A DNA stretch of 64,000 bases, from positions 1 to 64,000 of the IMG/VR virus record IMGVR_UViG_3300021255_003284; one strand, 5' to 3'. Made by a program: the position numbers and the translations under genes. Positions 9,079-16,894 of the stretch are shown piece after piece. The stretch's first letter is position 1; each line of letters starts with the position of its first letter. The notes beneath the pieces are model-generated. The model made no database searches and was not told the origin of the DNA. It saw only the letters and a list, made by a program, of their open reading frames with translations. This DNA comes from a virus. Lineage: Duplodnaviria; Caudoviricetes.

Positions 9079-9412
9079 CGGTATGACGGACAGCGAACCG
9101 CAATGTAATTCATGACTGGTTTTCCATTCATGGCTTTCGCTGTCAGCGGAAGTGACGACTTGACCGGAAAGGGGAATCCCTGGGAAGAGCTCAGCTGCAG
9201 CCTCCAGAGCGCCTTCGGTCTCGAGCCCGTGTCATCTGAACAAGGCACAAAAGGGAAAAGAACCGATGAGCAGGCAACTTTCCTACGTTCAATCCCACAT
9301 TGGAACATTCCCACCCTGAAGCCAAGTCGTTCCACCAGCTCTCGCGCTGCCAATAACCTCGCATGCCGACACGCACACCGCAAGTGATTCCGTTCGCGAG
9401 TCCGTCATACCG
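9079..9412 (+). ncRNA. retron-like ncRNA unit 1
   Basis: Perfect 13-bp terminal IR (9079-9091/9400-9412); GGTTTTCC-loop hairpin 9111-9132; conserved core GCTTTCGCTGTCAGCGGAAGTGACGACTTGACC 9133-9165. Confidence 0.75.
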
Positions 9413-9444
9413 CCGTCCCGGAAATCGCAAGGAGGTTTTTTGAG

Positions 9445-9693
9445 ATGAAGAAGGCCGACCCCATAACGATCGCCCTGTTCGCGCTCCTCATCATGGTTCT
9501 GTCCGCGTTTTCCGCGTTCAGCGCCGGGTTTTCCGCAGGCATATCCCATGCCATCACGGACAGCGTGATCTGGACGGTCGAGTGCTATGACCCGCTCGAC
9601 CCGTACGCCAACGCCCGTAACGACGGCACCGATCAGACAATCTACATCGAGCTCGACGGCGAGCTCTACGAACACGGCATGTTCCAAGGTTGA
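9445..9693 (+). CDS. small membrane protein
   Basis: AAGGAGG SD, N-terminal hydrophobic helix. Confidence 0.7.
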   Translation: MKKADPITIALFALLIMVLSAFSAFSAGFSAGISHAITDSVIWTVECYDPLDPYANARNDGTDQTIYIELDGELYEHGMFQG

Positions 9694-9707
9694 TAGGAGG
9701 GGTTTTT

Positions 9708-10004
9708 ATGAACCGTTCAGGCACGCCGCTGGACAGTTGGATTCTGACACAGAGTTGGGTCGACCCGTTCGACCATATGTACGACACGACCCATATTGTC
9801 GGGGTTTTTACGTCACTTCACGATCTGCAGGCATATATGCTCCGGAATGTCGGGCATACGATGGTGCAGGGCCATGACTGTTACGAGCTGAGATACGAGT
9901 CGGCCGACCGTACGGTCAACGCGCGGTTTTGCGCATGGCGCTGCGATGTCCCGAAGATCGAACACGACTGGGACGGCGAATTTAAGCCGATCTATGATGA
10001 CTGA
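9708..10004 (+). CDS. hypothetical protein
   Basis: AGGAGG SD before ATG 9708. Confidence 0.7.
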   Translation: MNRSGTPLDSWILTQSWVDPFDHMYDTTHIVGVFTSLHDLQAYMLRNVGHTMVQGHDCYELRYESADRTVNARFCAWRCDVPKIEHDWDGEFKPIYDD

Positions 10005-10009
10005 CAAAC

Positions 10010-10328
10010 GATGAACCGCAATGTGATGCGTACACGGTTTTCCGTATACGGCTTTCGCTGTCAGCGAAAGTGACATCTTGACCGAAGAGGCGAGGGGTAG
10101 AAGGACAGTACCCGACAGAGGTGGCACCTCAGGACACCAGGTCCGCAGCAATAGTTCAAGCATCAGCGTAAGCGAAGTATCACGATTTCGCTGCTAAAGA
10201 CCAGGGGTAAGAGCGAGAAAGTAACCAGCCACAGCTCGACAGCGCTCAAAAACCCTGGCTAAGCGATCAACATCGTGACTCAAGCCTGCCTTCGATCGTT
10301 GCTCGCCCGCAATGTGATTCGGTTCATC
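10010..10328 (+). ncRNA. retron-like ncRNA unit 2 (immediately upstream of the RT)
   Basis: 9-bp IR GATGAACCG/CGGTTCATC; hairpin 10029-10050; core GCTTTCGCTGTCAGCGAAAGTGACATCTTGACC 10051-10083. Confidence 0.75.
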
Positions 10329-10356
10329 ATGATCAATACCCGGCATTTGAAAGGAG

Positions 10357-12756
10357 TTGTTGAGCACGTTATACGTCACGGTTTTCCAATCGCCGAGGGT
10401 TCATCAGATGACGCTGGATGAGTTCCTGTTTTCCGAACCAGCTCCGGCGTCGGTTTTTGTGAATAATGAGAACAACACTCGCACGTACACGACCGACCGC
10501 GCGACCGACAGGCTTCACCGGGCTTTTGGCACCGACCTCGTGGCGCTCAAGCTCGCGCTCGGAGCGTTCAACAGAGACACGGAGCACCTGCGCGCCGTGC
10601 CGCGCCACAGTCTGTACAGGGAATTTTATATCCCCAAGTCCTCCGGCGGTCTGAGAAAGATCGACGCGCCGAACGACGAGCTCATGGCCGCGCTGCGCCG
10701 GCTCAAGGGCATTCTCGAAACCGACTTCCACGCGCTCTATCATACGTCGGCTTTCGCGTATGTCAAACACCGTTCGACGGTCGACGCGGTCAAGCGGCAC
10801 CAGATGAACGAGTCCAGGTGGTTTGCCAAGTTCGACCTGAGCAACTTCTTCGGCTCGACCACGCTGGATTTCTGCATGAGCCAGCTGGCGATGATCTACC
10901 CGTTCTCCGAGCTGATCCGCTGGGGCGGCGGGGAAGAGCTCAGAAGGGCGCTCGAGCTCGGGTTTCTGGACGGCGGTCTGCCGCAGGGCACGCCGCTGTC
11001 GCCTAAAATTTGGGCCTCAGCAGAGTGATCTGCTGTGATAACGCGGTGAACCCGCATATGCGGGGTGTCGCACTTACGTGGTGCGGCTAACGGGGAAACG
11101 CTAAACGCTAAAAGAATTAGGAGGTTACAAATTGGGAGGTTCTACACTGCACGACCTCACCGGTCAACGCTTCGGCTGGCTGGTCGTCATCGAACGGGCT
11201 CCCGGCGTACCCAAGTCGAACGGGAAGTTCCGAACGATGTGGCGGTGTGTCTGTGATTGCGGCAATACAACTATTGTCCCTGCATCCAGTCTTAAAGATG
11301 GGCACACTACGTCGTGTGGTTGCAAACCGAGGCCGACTAAAGCGCCGGATCTGATCGGACAAAGCTTTGGACGTCTTACTGTCCTGGCGCGATCCGGTTT
11401 TTATCGAGGTGGTACACACAGAGAGGCACAATGGCTATGTCGATGCGACTGCGGGAATGAAGTTGTGAAAACGACTACATATCTGCACAGATCGAATTGC
11501 CCATCCTGTGGATGCGCCAAGTCTGATAAGACGTCTGAGGTAAAACGGCTTGATCTCGTCGGCAAAAGGTTTGGTTTCTTGACTGTCGTTAAGTCGCTTC
11601 CGTCAAAGAAGACAAGCGGAGGCAATCCCGTGGCAATGAACGAATGCGTATGTGATTGCGGGAATAAAACGATATGCTCAACGAACAGCCTGATTTGTGG
11701 CAACACAAAATCGTGTGGATGTCTTAAGAGCTCTTACGGGGAAGCGCTCGTGACGGACAGTCTCAAAAGCCTCGGCGTCCGGTTTAAGCGCGAGTTTACC
11801 TTTGGCGACCTGAAAAGCGATAAAGGGTGGCCTTTAAGGTTTGACTTCGCGATATTTGAATCGGACACAGACAGGCCATCGTTTCTGATTGAATACCAGG
11901 GCGTGCAACATTTCAAAGAGGTGGGCTCTGGGTTATTTGCTGGTTTCGGAAGTCAACAGCGAGACGTTACTGACGATCAGAAACGCGAGTATTGTCGCAA
12001 GAATGGGTTTCCTCTATACGAGATTCGTTACGATGAAGATGTCTGTGCACGATTGAACGAAATCCTTTCAACGCATGCCAATCCCGTGCCAAGCTCTGGA
12101 AATTCCGGAGAAGGTGTAACGACTATTCCGTAAGGAAGTAGCCGACGGGTGAAATTCCCGCCGGCGAAGTGCCGCGCATCTCGATATCGAGATGAAGATA
12201 TAGTCTACTCCCCTAATGAAATATCGGGAAACCGAGGGTTCAAAGGACACTCACCAACATTTTAATGATCCCCATCGACCACACGCTGTCCAACTCGCTC
12301 CGCGATTTCGGCGGCAAACACTTCATCTACACCCGGTATGCCGATGATTTCCTGATCTCGAGCCGCACGGATTTTCGGTTCAGGGATGTCGAGCAGCACA
12401 TCCGCGATACGCTGGCGCGGTTTTCCGCCCCGTATATCATCAAGCCCGAGAAGACGCGCTACGGTTCCTCGGCTGGCTCCAACTGGAATCTCGGGCTCAT
12501 GCTCAACAAGGACAACGAGATCACGATCGGATCGAAGAAGAAGCGCCAGTTCCGCGCCATGCTCACGAGCTTCGTGCTCGATACGCGCAACGGTAAGCCG
12601 TGGGACCCGTCCGACATCCGCGTCATGGACGGGCTTCGCTCATACTACCGCATGGTTGAGGGCAAGACGATCGACGACATTGTCGACGCCATCGGCCGGA
12701 AATTCGGCGCGGATATCCCGCGTATGATCAAGGCCGGGCTCAACCCGACCGCTTAA
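10357..12756 (+). CDS. retron-like reverse transcriptase, spliced: join(10357..11004,12247..12756), about 385 aa
   Basis: IPKSSGGLRKIDAP, SAFAY, DAVKRH (NAxxH-like), KFDLSNFFGS, LPQGTPLSP|TLTNIL, YTRYADD, KPEKT, NLGLMLN. Confidence 0.9.
11005..12246 (+). mobile_element. group I intron in the RT gene
   Basis: Exon ends in U with P1 GCCU/GGGC (U-G pair); intron ends in G; Q-like AATCCCGTGCCAAGC; P7 GACTA/TAGTC; S element AAGATATAGTC; splicing restores frame and motif. Confidence 0.88.
11132..12133 (+). CDS. intron-encoded homing endonuclease (3x CDCG modules plus PD-(D/E)xK/Vsr-like domain)
   Basis: Repeated DL-G-RFG-L-V..C-CDCG..SCGC; C-terminal RFDFAI..LIEYQGVQHF. Confidence 0.8.
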   Translation: MGGSTLHDLTGQRFGWLVVIERAPGVPKSNGKFRTMWRCVCDCGNTTIVPASSLKDGHTTSCGCKPRPTKAPDLIGQSFGRLTVLARSGFYRGGTHREAQWLCRCDCGNEVVKTTTYLHRSNCPSCGCAKSDKTSEVKRLDLVGKRFGFLTVVKSLPSKKTSGGNPVAMNECVCDCGNKTICSTNSLICGNTKSCGCLKSSYGEALVTDSLKSLGVRFKREFTFGDLKSDKGWPLRFDFAIFESDTDRPSFLIEYQGVQHFKEVGSGLFAGFGSQQRDVTDDQKREYCRKNGFPLYEIRYDEDVCARLNEILSTHANPVPSSGNSGEGVTTIP

Positions 12757-12775
12757 TAAGAGGGGGTATTTCATC

Positions 12776-13048
12776 ATGGGTATCATCGCGTTTTCCGAAG
12801 GTATCGTCGGCGCGTGCGACAGGCTGCGCGGCGCGTCCGTGGGCGAGTTTCTGAACGCGCTCAACGTGCTCGGCGAGGTGCTCGCTCCGTCCACGATCGA
12901 GGCCTTGCGCGCCGCAGACCAGTCCGAACCGATCAGCGACGTGCTTTTCCGTAACTTCAGGAACAGCGTAGCGCTCAAGTGCAGGGTGGAATGCAACGCG
13001 ACGATGCGCCGCGTTCTGACGAGAAAGGAGGATCTCAATGCGGTCTGA
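12776..13048 (+). CDS. hypothetical protein
   Basis: SD; directly after the RT. Confidence 0.65.
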   Translation: MGIIAFSEGIVGACDRLRGASVGEFLNALNVLGEVLAPSTIEALRAADQSEPISDVLFRNFRNSVALKCRVECNATMRRVLTRKEDLNAV

Positions 13049-13340
13049 GATTTCGCGCATAGCCAGAAAGCACATGATGGACGCGCTCGCAATGGCGGCC
13101 ATGGAGGCCATGTACATATCCAATAACGAGGCCGTGCCCATGATCAAGTACTCCCGGGAAACCGAGGAAACGATAGCCCGGTTTTCCGACTTCGACCGCG
13201 AGTATCACGGGCTTTTGCCCGACGGTGAATACTTCTACATCACGCGCAAGGGTCAGCTGCTCTACGCCGTCAACGTGACCTGCGACAGCCCGCTCACCGC
13301 GTTTTCCGAGCTGACCCAACTCATCGCCCGCAAGTTCTGA
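13038..13340 (+). CDS. hypothetical protein
   Basis: AAAGGAGG SD. Confidence 0.75.
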   Translation: MRSEISRIARKHMMDALAMAAMEAMYISNNEAVPMIKYSRETEETIARFSDFDREYHGLLPDGEYFYITRKGQLLYAVNVTCDSPLTAFSELTQLIARKF

Positions 13341-13352
13341 CACCAATACAAA

Positions 13353-13575
13353 GGGCCCGCCCATGTCGATCGGATCGAACGAAACACGGTTTTCCTTCGT
13401 CACCCTCCTGTCCATATACGTTCGACCGCGTTCGCTGTCAGCGGACGTAACGCATTGACCTACCTGGTTTTCGCAGACCGGCGCGAGGCTTCCGAATTCC
13501 ATTAAGAACGGGTTACACGATGTAACCCTTGCTTAATGGCATTCAGAAGCCAGCACCATCTGGATGGCCGGGCCC
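13353..13575 (+). ncRNA. retron-like ncRNA unit 3
   Basis: IR GGGCCCGCCCAT/ATGGCCGGGCCC (11/12); core GCGTTCGCTGTCAGCGGACGTAACGCATTGACC 13428-13460; long msd-like hairpin 13487-13551. Confidence 0.75.
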
Positions 13576-13659
13576 GCCATCCGCATTTTCCATCATTCGC
13601 CTCGGCAAGTAGGTCTCCCGACATCACGGGAAGCGCCGAAGCTGCGGCACCCAACGGTT

Positions 13660-13863
13660 CCGCCCACCCATGAGGATCGGCTATTCTGGTTTTTCAGTTC
13701 AGCCGCTTTCGCTGTCAGCGGAAGTAACGCAATGACGGTTTTTTCGCCGAGGCCGCCGGACTGGCGCGCGACATTGTGCGCGCCATTAAGTCCGGCTGTC
13801 TCGGCGGACACGCAAAGTCTCACGCACGTAAGGCAAGGCGCTCAACTTTGGATGGCTGGGCGG
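13660..13863 (+). ncRNA. retron-like ncRNA unit 4
   Basis: IR CCGCCCACCCAT/ATGGCTGGGCGG (11/12); hairpin 13678-13705; core GCTTTCGCTGTCAGCGGAAGTAACGCAATGAC 13705-13736; long hairpin 13745-13806. Confidence 0.75.
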
Positions 13864-13900
13864 CCATTCGTACATTCAAAATATGAAAGGTGGTTTTCGC

Positions 13901-14545
13901 TTGTCTCACTACTCTGTCTGCGTCTTCTCACACTCCGGCACCGAATGCGAACTCGATTCCCTGCTCGCCCCGTACTCTGAGAACGTCGAGCCCGGTTCGC
14001 CGTACGCGGTTTTTGAGCCGAACACCGACAGTGACGTCGATCCGACGACGAACCAGCCCGGGTACTGGTACAACCCCGACGCCCGCTGGGACTGGTGGTG
14101 CGTCGGCGGCCGGTTCGATGGTTTCAAGCTGCGCCCGGAGGCGGCGAAGCGCCTCGGGTACGACTTCGATTGTGAGGCGCTGGTTTCCGACATCGACTTT
14201 TCCGACGACAAACAGGCCTACGACGAGGCGCTCTCGTTCTGGGACCACTACGTCGACGGCAAGCCGTCCGAAGACGGCGAGGATCACTCGAGTTTCTGGA
14301 AGCCGGAATACTACCGCGAGCGGTACGGTTCCCGGGAATTGTTCGCCCGGTCGCGGGCTTCTCAGAAACCCTACGCCTTCGTCACAGCCGACGGCGAGTG
14401 GGTCGGCGACGGTGTGGTCGGCTGGTTCGCGGTCGACGACGCCACGGACAAATCGATTACCGAATCGCTCGACCGCTGGGAAAAGTATCTCGCCGAAGCG
14501 ATCGAGCAGGATCTTCACGCGACGATGATCGACTGCCACATCTGA
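13901..14545 (+). CDS. hypothetical phage protein (YNPDARWDWW motif)
   Basis: AAAGGTGG SD before TTG; Trp-rich; ends DCHI. Confidence 0.8.
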   Translation: MSHYSVCVFSHSGTECELDSLLAPYSENVEPGSPYAVFEPNTDSDVDPTTNQPGYWYNPDARWDWWCVGGRFDGFKLRPEAAKRLGYDFDCEALVSDIDFSDDKQAYDEALSFWDHYVDGKPSEDGEDHSSFWKPEYYRERYGSRELFARSRASQKPYAFVTADGEWVGDGVVGWFAVDDATDKSITESLDRWEKYLAEAIEQDLHATMIDCHI

Positions 14546-14574
14546 CCGACGATTAAGGGGAGGTTTTTCGGATT

Positions 14575-15105
14575 ATGATCTACGACACCATCGAAGAGGC
14601 GGCCCGCGCATGGGTCGAAACGTTCGACGCGGTCCCCATGTCCGTCGTCCACAAGCTGCTGACCGTCAACGAAGACGACCTTTACGAGATCACGCCGCCC
14701 GCACCGGGCGACAGGGTCTATCTCATCGACGGTTTTTACGAGGACAATACCGGCGAGGTCATCCGCCACGACCCGGACGACGCCGAGGCTTTTATCGTCC
14801 GGCTCGACGACACGGACGACAAGGAGGTCAGCGTCAAGGCGTACGACCTCGACGTGATGCGCGATGACGGCCTCCCGATGTGGGGCACCATGTGGGCTTT
14901 CCATGAAAATCTGGACAATGACTGGCTTTCCGGCAAGTACGGCGAAAACGGACTGCAGCTCATGGCGGACTGCGGTTTCCGGGTTTACGAGTCCGAGGAC
15001 TACGGCTATCTGTTCGGCATCGACGGAGCTGGTTACGACTTCTACGAACAGCACTGGTGTCCCCTGTACAAGGCGCGCGGTCTTCACTGGCACAAGGACG
15101 CGTGA
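14575..15105 (+). CDS. hypothetical phage protein (GIDGAGYDFYEQHW motif)
   Basis: GGAGG SD, 176 aa. Confidence 0.8.
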   Translation: MIYDTIEEAARAWVETFDAVPMSVVHKLLTVNEDDLYEITPPAPGDRVYLIDGFYEDNTGEVIRHDPDDAEAFIVRLDDTDDKEVSVKAYDLDVMRDDGLPMWGTMWAFHENLDNDWLSGKYGENGLQLMADCGFRVYESEDYGYLFGIDGAGYDFYEQHWCPLYKARGLHWHKDA

Positions 15106-15137
15106 CGACATAACATCCCGGTTTTCAACCCGTCAAA

Positions 15138-15164
15138 CGCCGCCCGATCCGGGCGGTGATTTTT
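15138..15164 (+). terminator. Rho-independent terminator
   Basis: CGCCGCCCG-ATC-CGGGCGGTG then ATTTTT. Confidence 0.6.
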
Positions 15165-15186
15165 GTAAATGATGAGGAGGGTCTTC

Positions 15187-15714
15187 ATGCCAAAGAGGTC
15201 TGGCAAGTACGACATCGGCCGGCGGTTCGGTCGGCTGGTGATCGTCGGTATTCCCGAATCCGACAAGCGAAAGCGCATCTGCCGGTGTGACTGCGGCCAC
15301 TTTGTGACCGTGCTTAAGCACAATCTCGGCCGCACGGTTTCCTGCGGCTGCCGCCGGTCCGAGGCGGCCAGCGACACCGGCCGCAGGCTCATCGCGGAAA
15401 ACGCGGCCCAGTCCAGAGACGCGAACGCGCGCTACGACACCAACTTCAACGTCATCGCCACTGAAACGCCGCCTCGCAACAATCATTCCGGGAAAAAGGG
15501 CGTCTGGTACGACGAAAAGCACGGCGTGTGGCTGGCGTACATCTCGGTTCACCGCAGGCGTCACCACCTCGGCACGTTCAGGTCGTTCGCCGACGCCGCG
15601 CTGGCCCGGGATAACGCCGAACAGAGGTATTTCTCGCCGCTGATCCAGGCATGGAACGCCGAGCGCGGCGGAGCCGACCACGCCTCGGCCAGGCGCAGGG
15701 CCGTCGGCTTATGA
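15187..15714 (+). CDS. CDCG module plus AP2-like DNA-binding domain protein
   Basis: CRCDCG..SCGC; NNHSGKKGVWYD..WLAYI..HLGTF..AALARDNAE. Confidence 0.8.
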   Translation: MPKRSGKYDIGRRFGRLVIVGIPESDKRKRICRCDCGHFVTVLKHNLGRTVSCGCRRSEAASDTGRRLIAENAAQSRDANARYDTNFNVIATETPPRNNHSGKKGVWYDEKHGVWLAYISVHRRRHHLGTFRSFADAALARDNAEQRYFSPLIQAWNAERGGADHASARRRAVGL

Positions 15715-15835
15715 GACATACGCCCGGGGATGACGGGTTTTTGTGGCGGCTCTGGTTTTTGACCGCGCTCGCCGGGTGCATCTTGCTGGCCGTCCTGCAG
15801 CTGCTTGGCGTGCCAATTGATTAAGGAGGGTTTTT

Positions 15836-16330
15836 ATGTCGAGACACAAGAGGACGGATGATTATGGAAAGCGCTACGGTCGGCTGACTGTCATCAGTCA
15901 CGACCCCGACAACCCGCGTAACCTGCTCTGCCGCTGCGATTGCGGGCGCGTCGTGTCCGTCGTGGCGGGCAATGTCCGCTACGGTTCGACGCGGTCGTGC
16001 GGCTGTCTTCACAGCGACTTTCAGCGGGAAAACTGCGTGTCCAACTTCGACGGGTATTTCGAAACGATGCGCCAGTCCGGATCGAATCCGGCCCGGCTTT
16101 TCAAGCACGCCGTCCGGCGCGACAGCAAGACGGGTGTCGTGGGCGTCACCATCTCGCCGCGCAGCGGGAAGTTCGTCGCCCGCATCACGACAAACTACAA
16201 GACGATCGAGCTCGGTTCGTACGACACGCTGGCCGAGGCGGCCGAGGCGCGCCACCGCGCCGAGCTTAAGTATCACGAGCCGATCGTCCGCGAGTGGCTC
16301 GCGTCGAAAGGCGGTGTAAAAAGCGCGTGA
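15836..16330 (+). CDS. CDCG module plus AP2-like DNA-binding domain protein (paralog of 15187)
   Basis: CRCDCG..TRSCGC; SKTGVVGV..KFVARI..ELGSYDT..AAEARHRAE. Confidence 0.8.
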   Translation: MSRHKRTDDYGKRYGRLTVISHDPDNPRNLLCRCDCGRVVSVVAGNVRYGSTRSCGCLHSDFQRENCVSNFDGYFETMRQSGSNPARLFKHAVRRDSKTGVVGVTISPRSGKFVARITTNYKTIELGSYDTLAEAAEARHRAELKYHEPIVREWLASKGGVKSA

Positions 16331-16644
16331 CAAGTCAGGTTTTTAACTTTCCGATCGAGGAATTCGCGGTACGCTTCCACAGGGAATACGCCTTCCTCTA
16401 CGATGCGTTCGACCGCGTCGCGGGTTTTCAGGAAGCGGTCGACACGTTCGACGCGCTGATGAAGCGCAATGAGAAGTTCCGCGCCTTTGTGTCCGAGTTC
16501 GCGGCGTTTCGCGAGGATATGATCACATCCGACCGCGAAGCCGCCGCGTTCATGTACGTCCTGTCCGATATGATCAATATGTCCGATCCGGATACTGGGC
16601 TCAGCCCGGTTCCGGATGGTGAAGGAGAGATGCCCGATGCCTGA
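16327..16644 (+). CDS. hypothetical protein
   Basis: GTG overlapping the previous stop codon. Confidence 0.65.
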   Translation: MTSQVFNFPIEEFAVRFHREYAFLYDAFDRVAGFQEAVDTFDALMKRNEKFRAFVSEFAAFREDMITSDREAAAFMYVLSDMINMSDPDTGLSPVPDGEGEMPDA

Positions 16645-16894
16645 CAAGATCTCGCTCCGCATGGAAGCCGCGTACATCGTCGAGCTTTTCGAAGTCCTGC
16701 TCGACCTGCACGGCATTTCGATCCCGTCTGATGAAGACCCTTACGCCGACTCCGACAACCCGGCCCCGATCACCGGCTGTGACTACGGCGACCTGCTCGA
16801 CAATGTCACCGACATGCTTTACGACATCGCCGAGCGGATCAGGGGTGGCGCTGAGATCGTCAGGGATTTTTACGCTGAGGAGGATGATGAATGA
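16637..16894 (+). CDS. acidic hypothetical protein
   Basis: AAGGAG SD; coupled to iscS. Confidence 0.7.
   Translation: MPDKISLRMEAAYIVELFEVLLDLHGISIPSDEDPYADSDNPAPITGCDYGDLLDNVTDMLYDIAERIRGGAEIVRDFYAEEDDE

Noticed and set aside
9112-9387. 91-aa plus-strand ORF (and 13564-13980) over the ncRNA units
   Set aside because: No SD, atypical composition; conservation between units follows base pairing, not codons
10357-12756. Group II intron RT/maturase or RT pseudogene
   Set aside because: No domain X or domain V hairpin; the interruption has group I hallmarks and splices to an intact ORF
9079-13863. Diversity-generating retroelement (TR/VR)
   Set aside because: No second copy differing only at adenines was seen, and no Avd-like gene; RT motifs are retron-like. 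A target outside the window cannot be excluded
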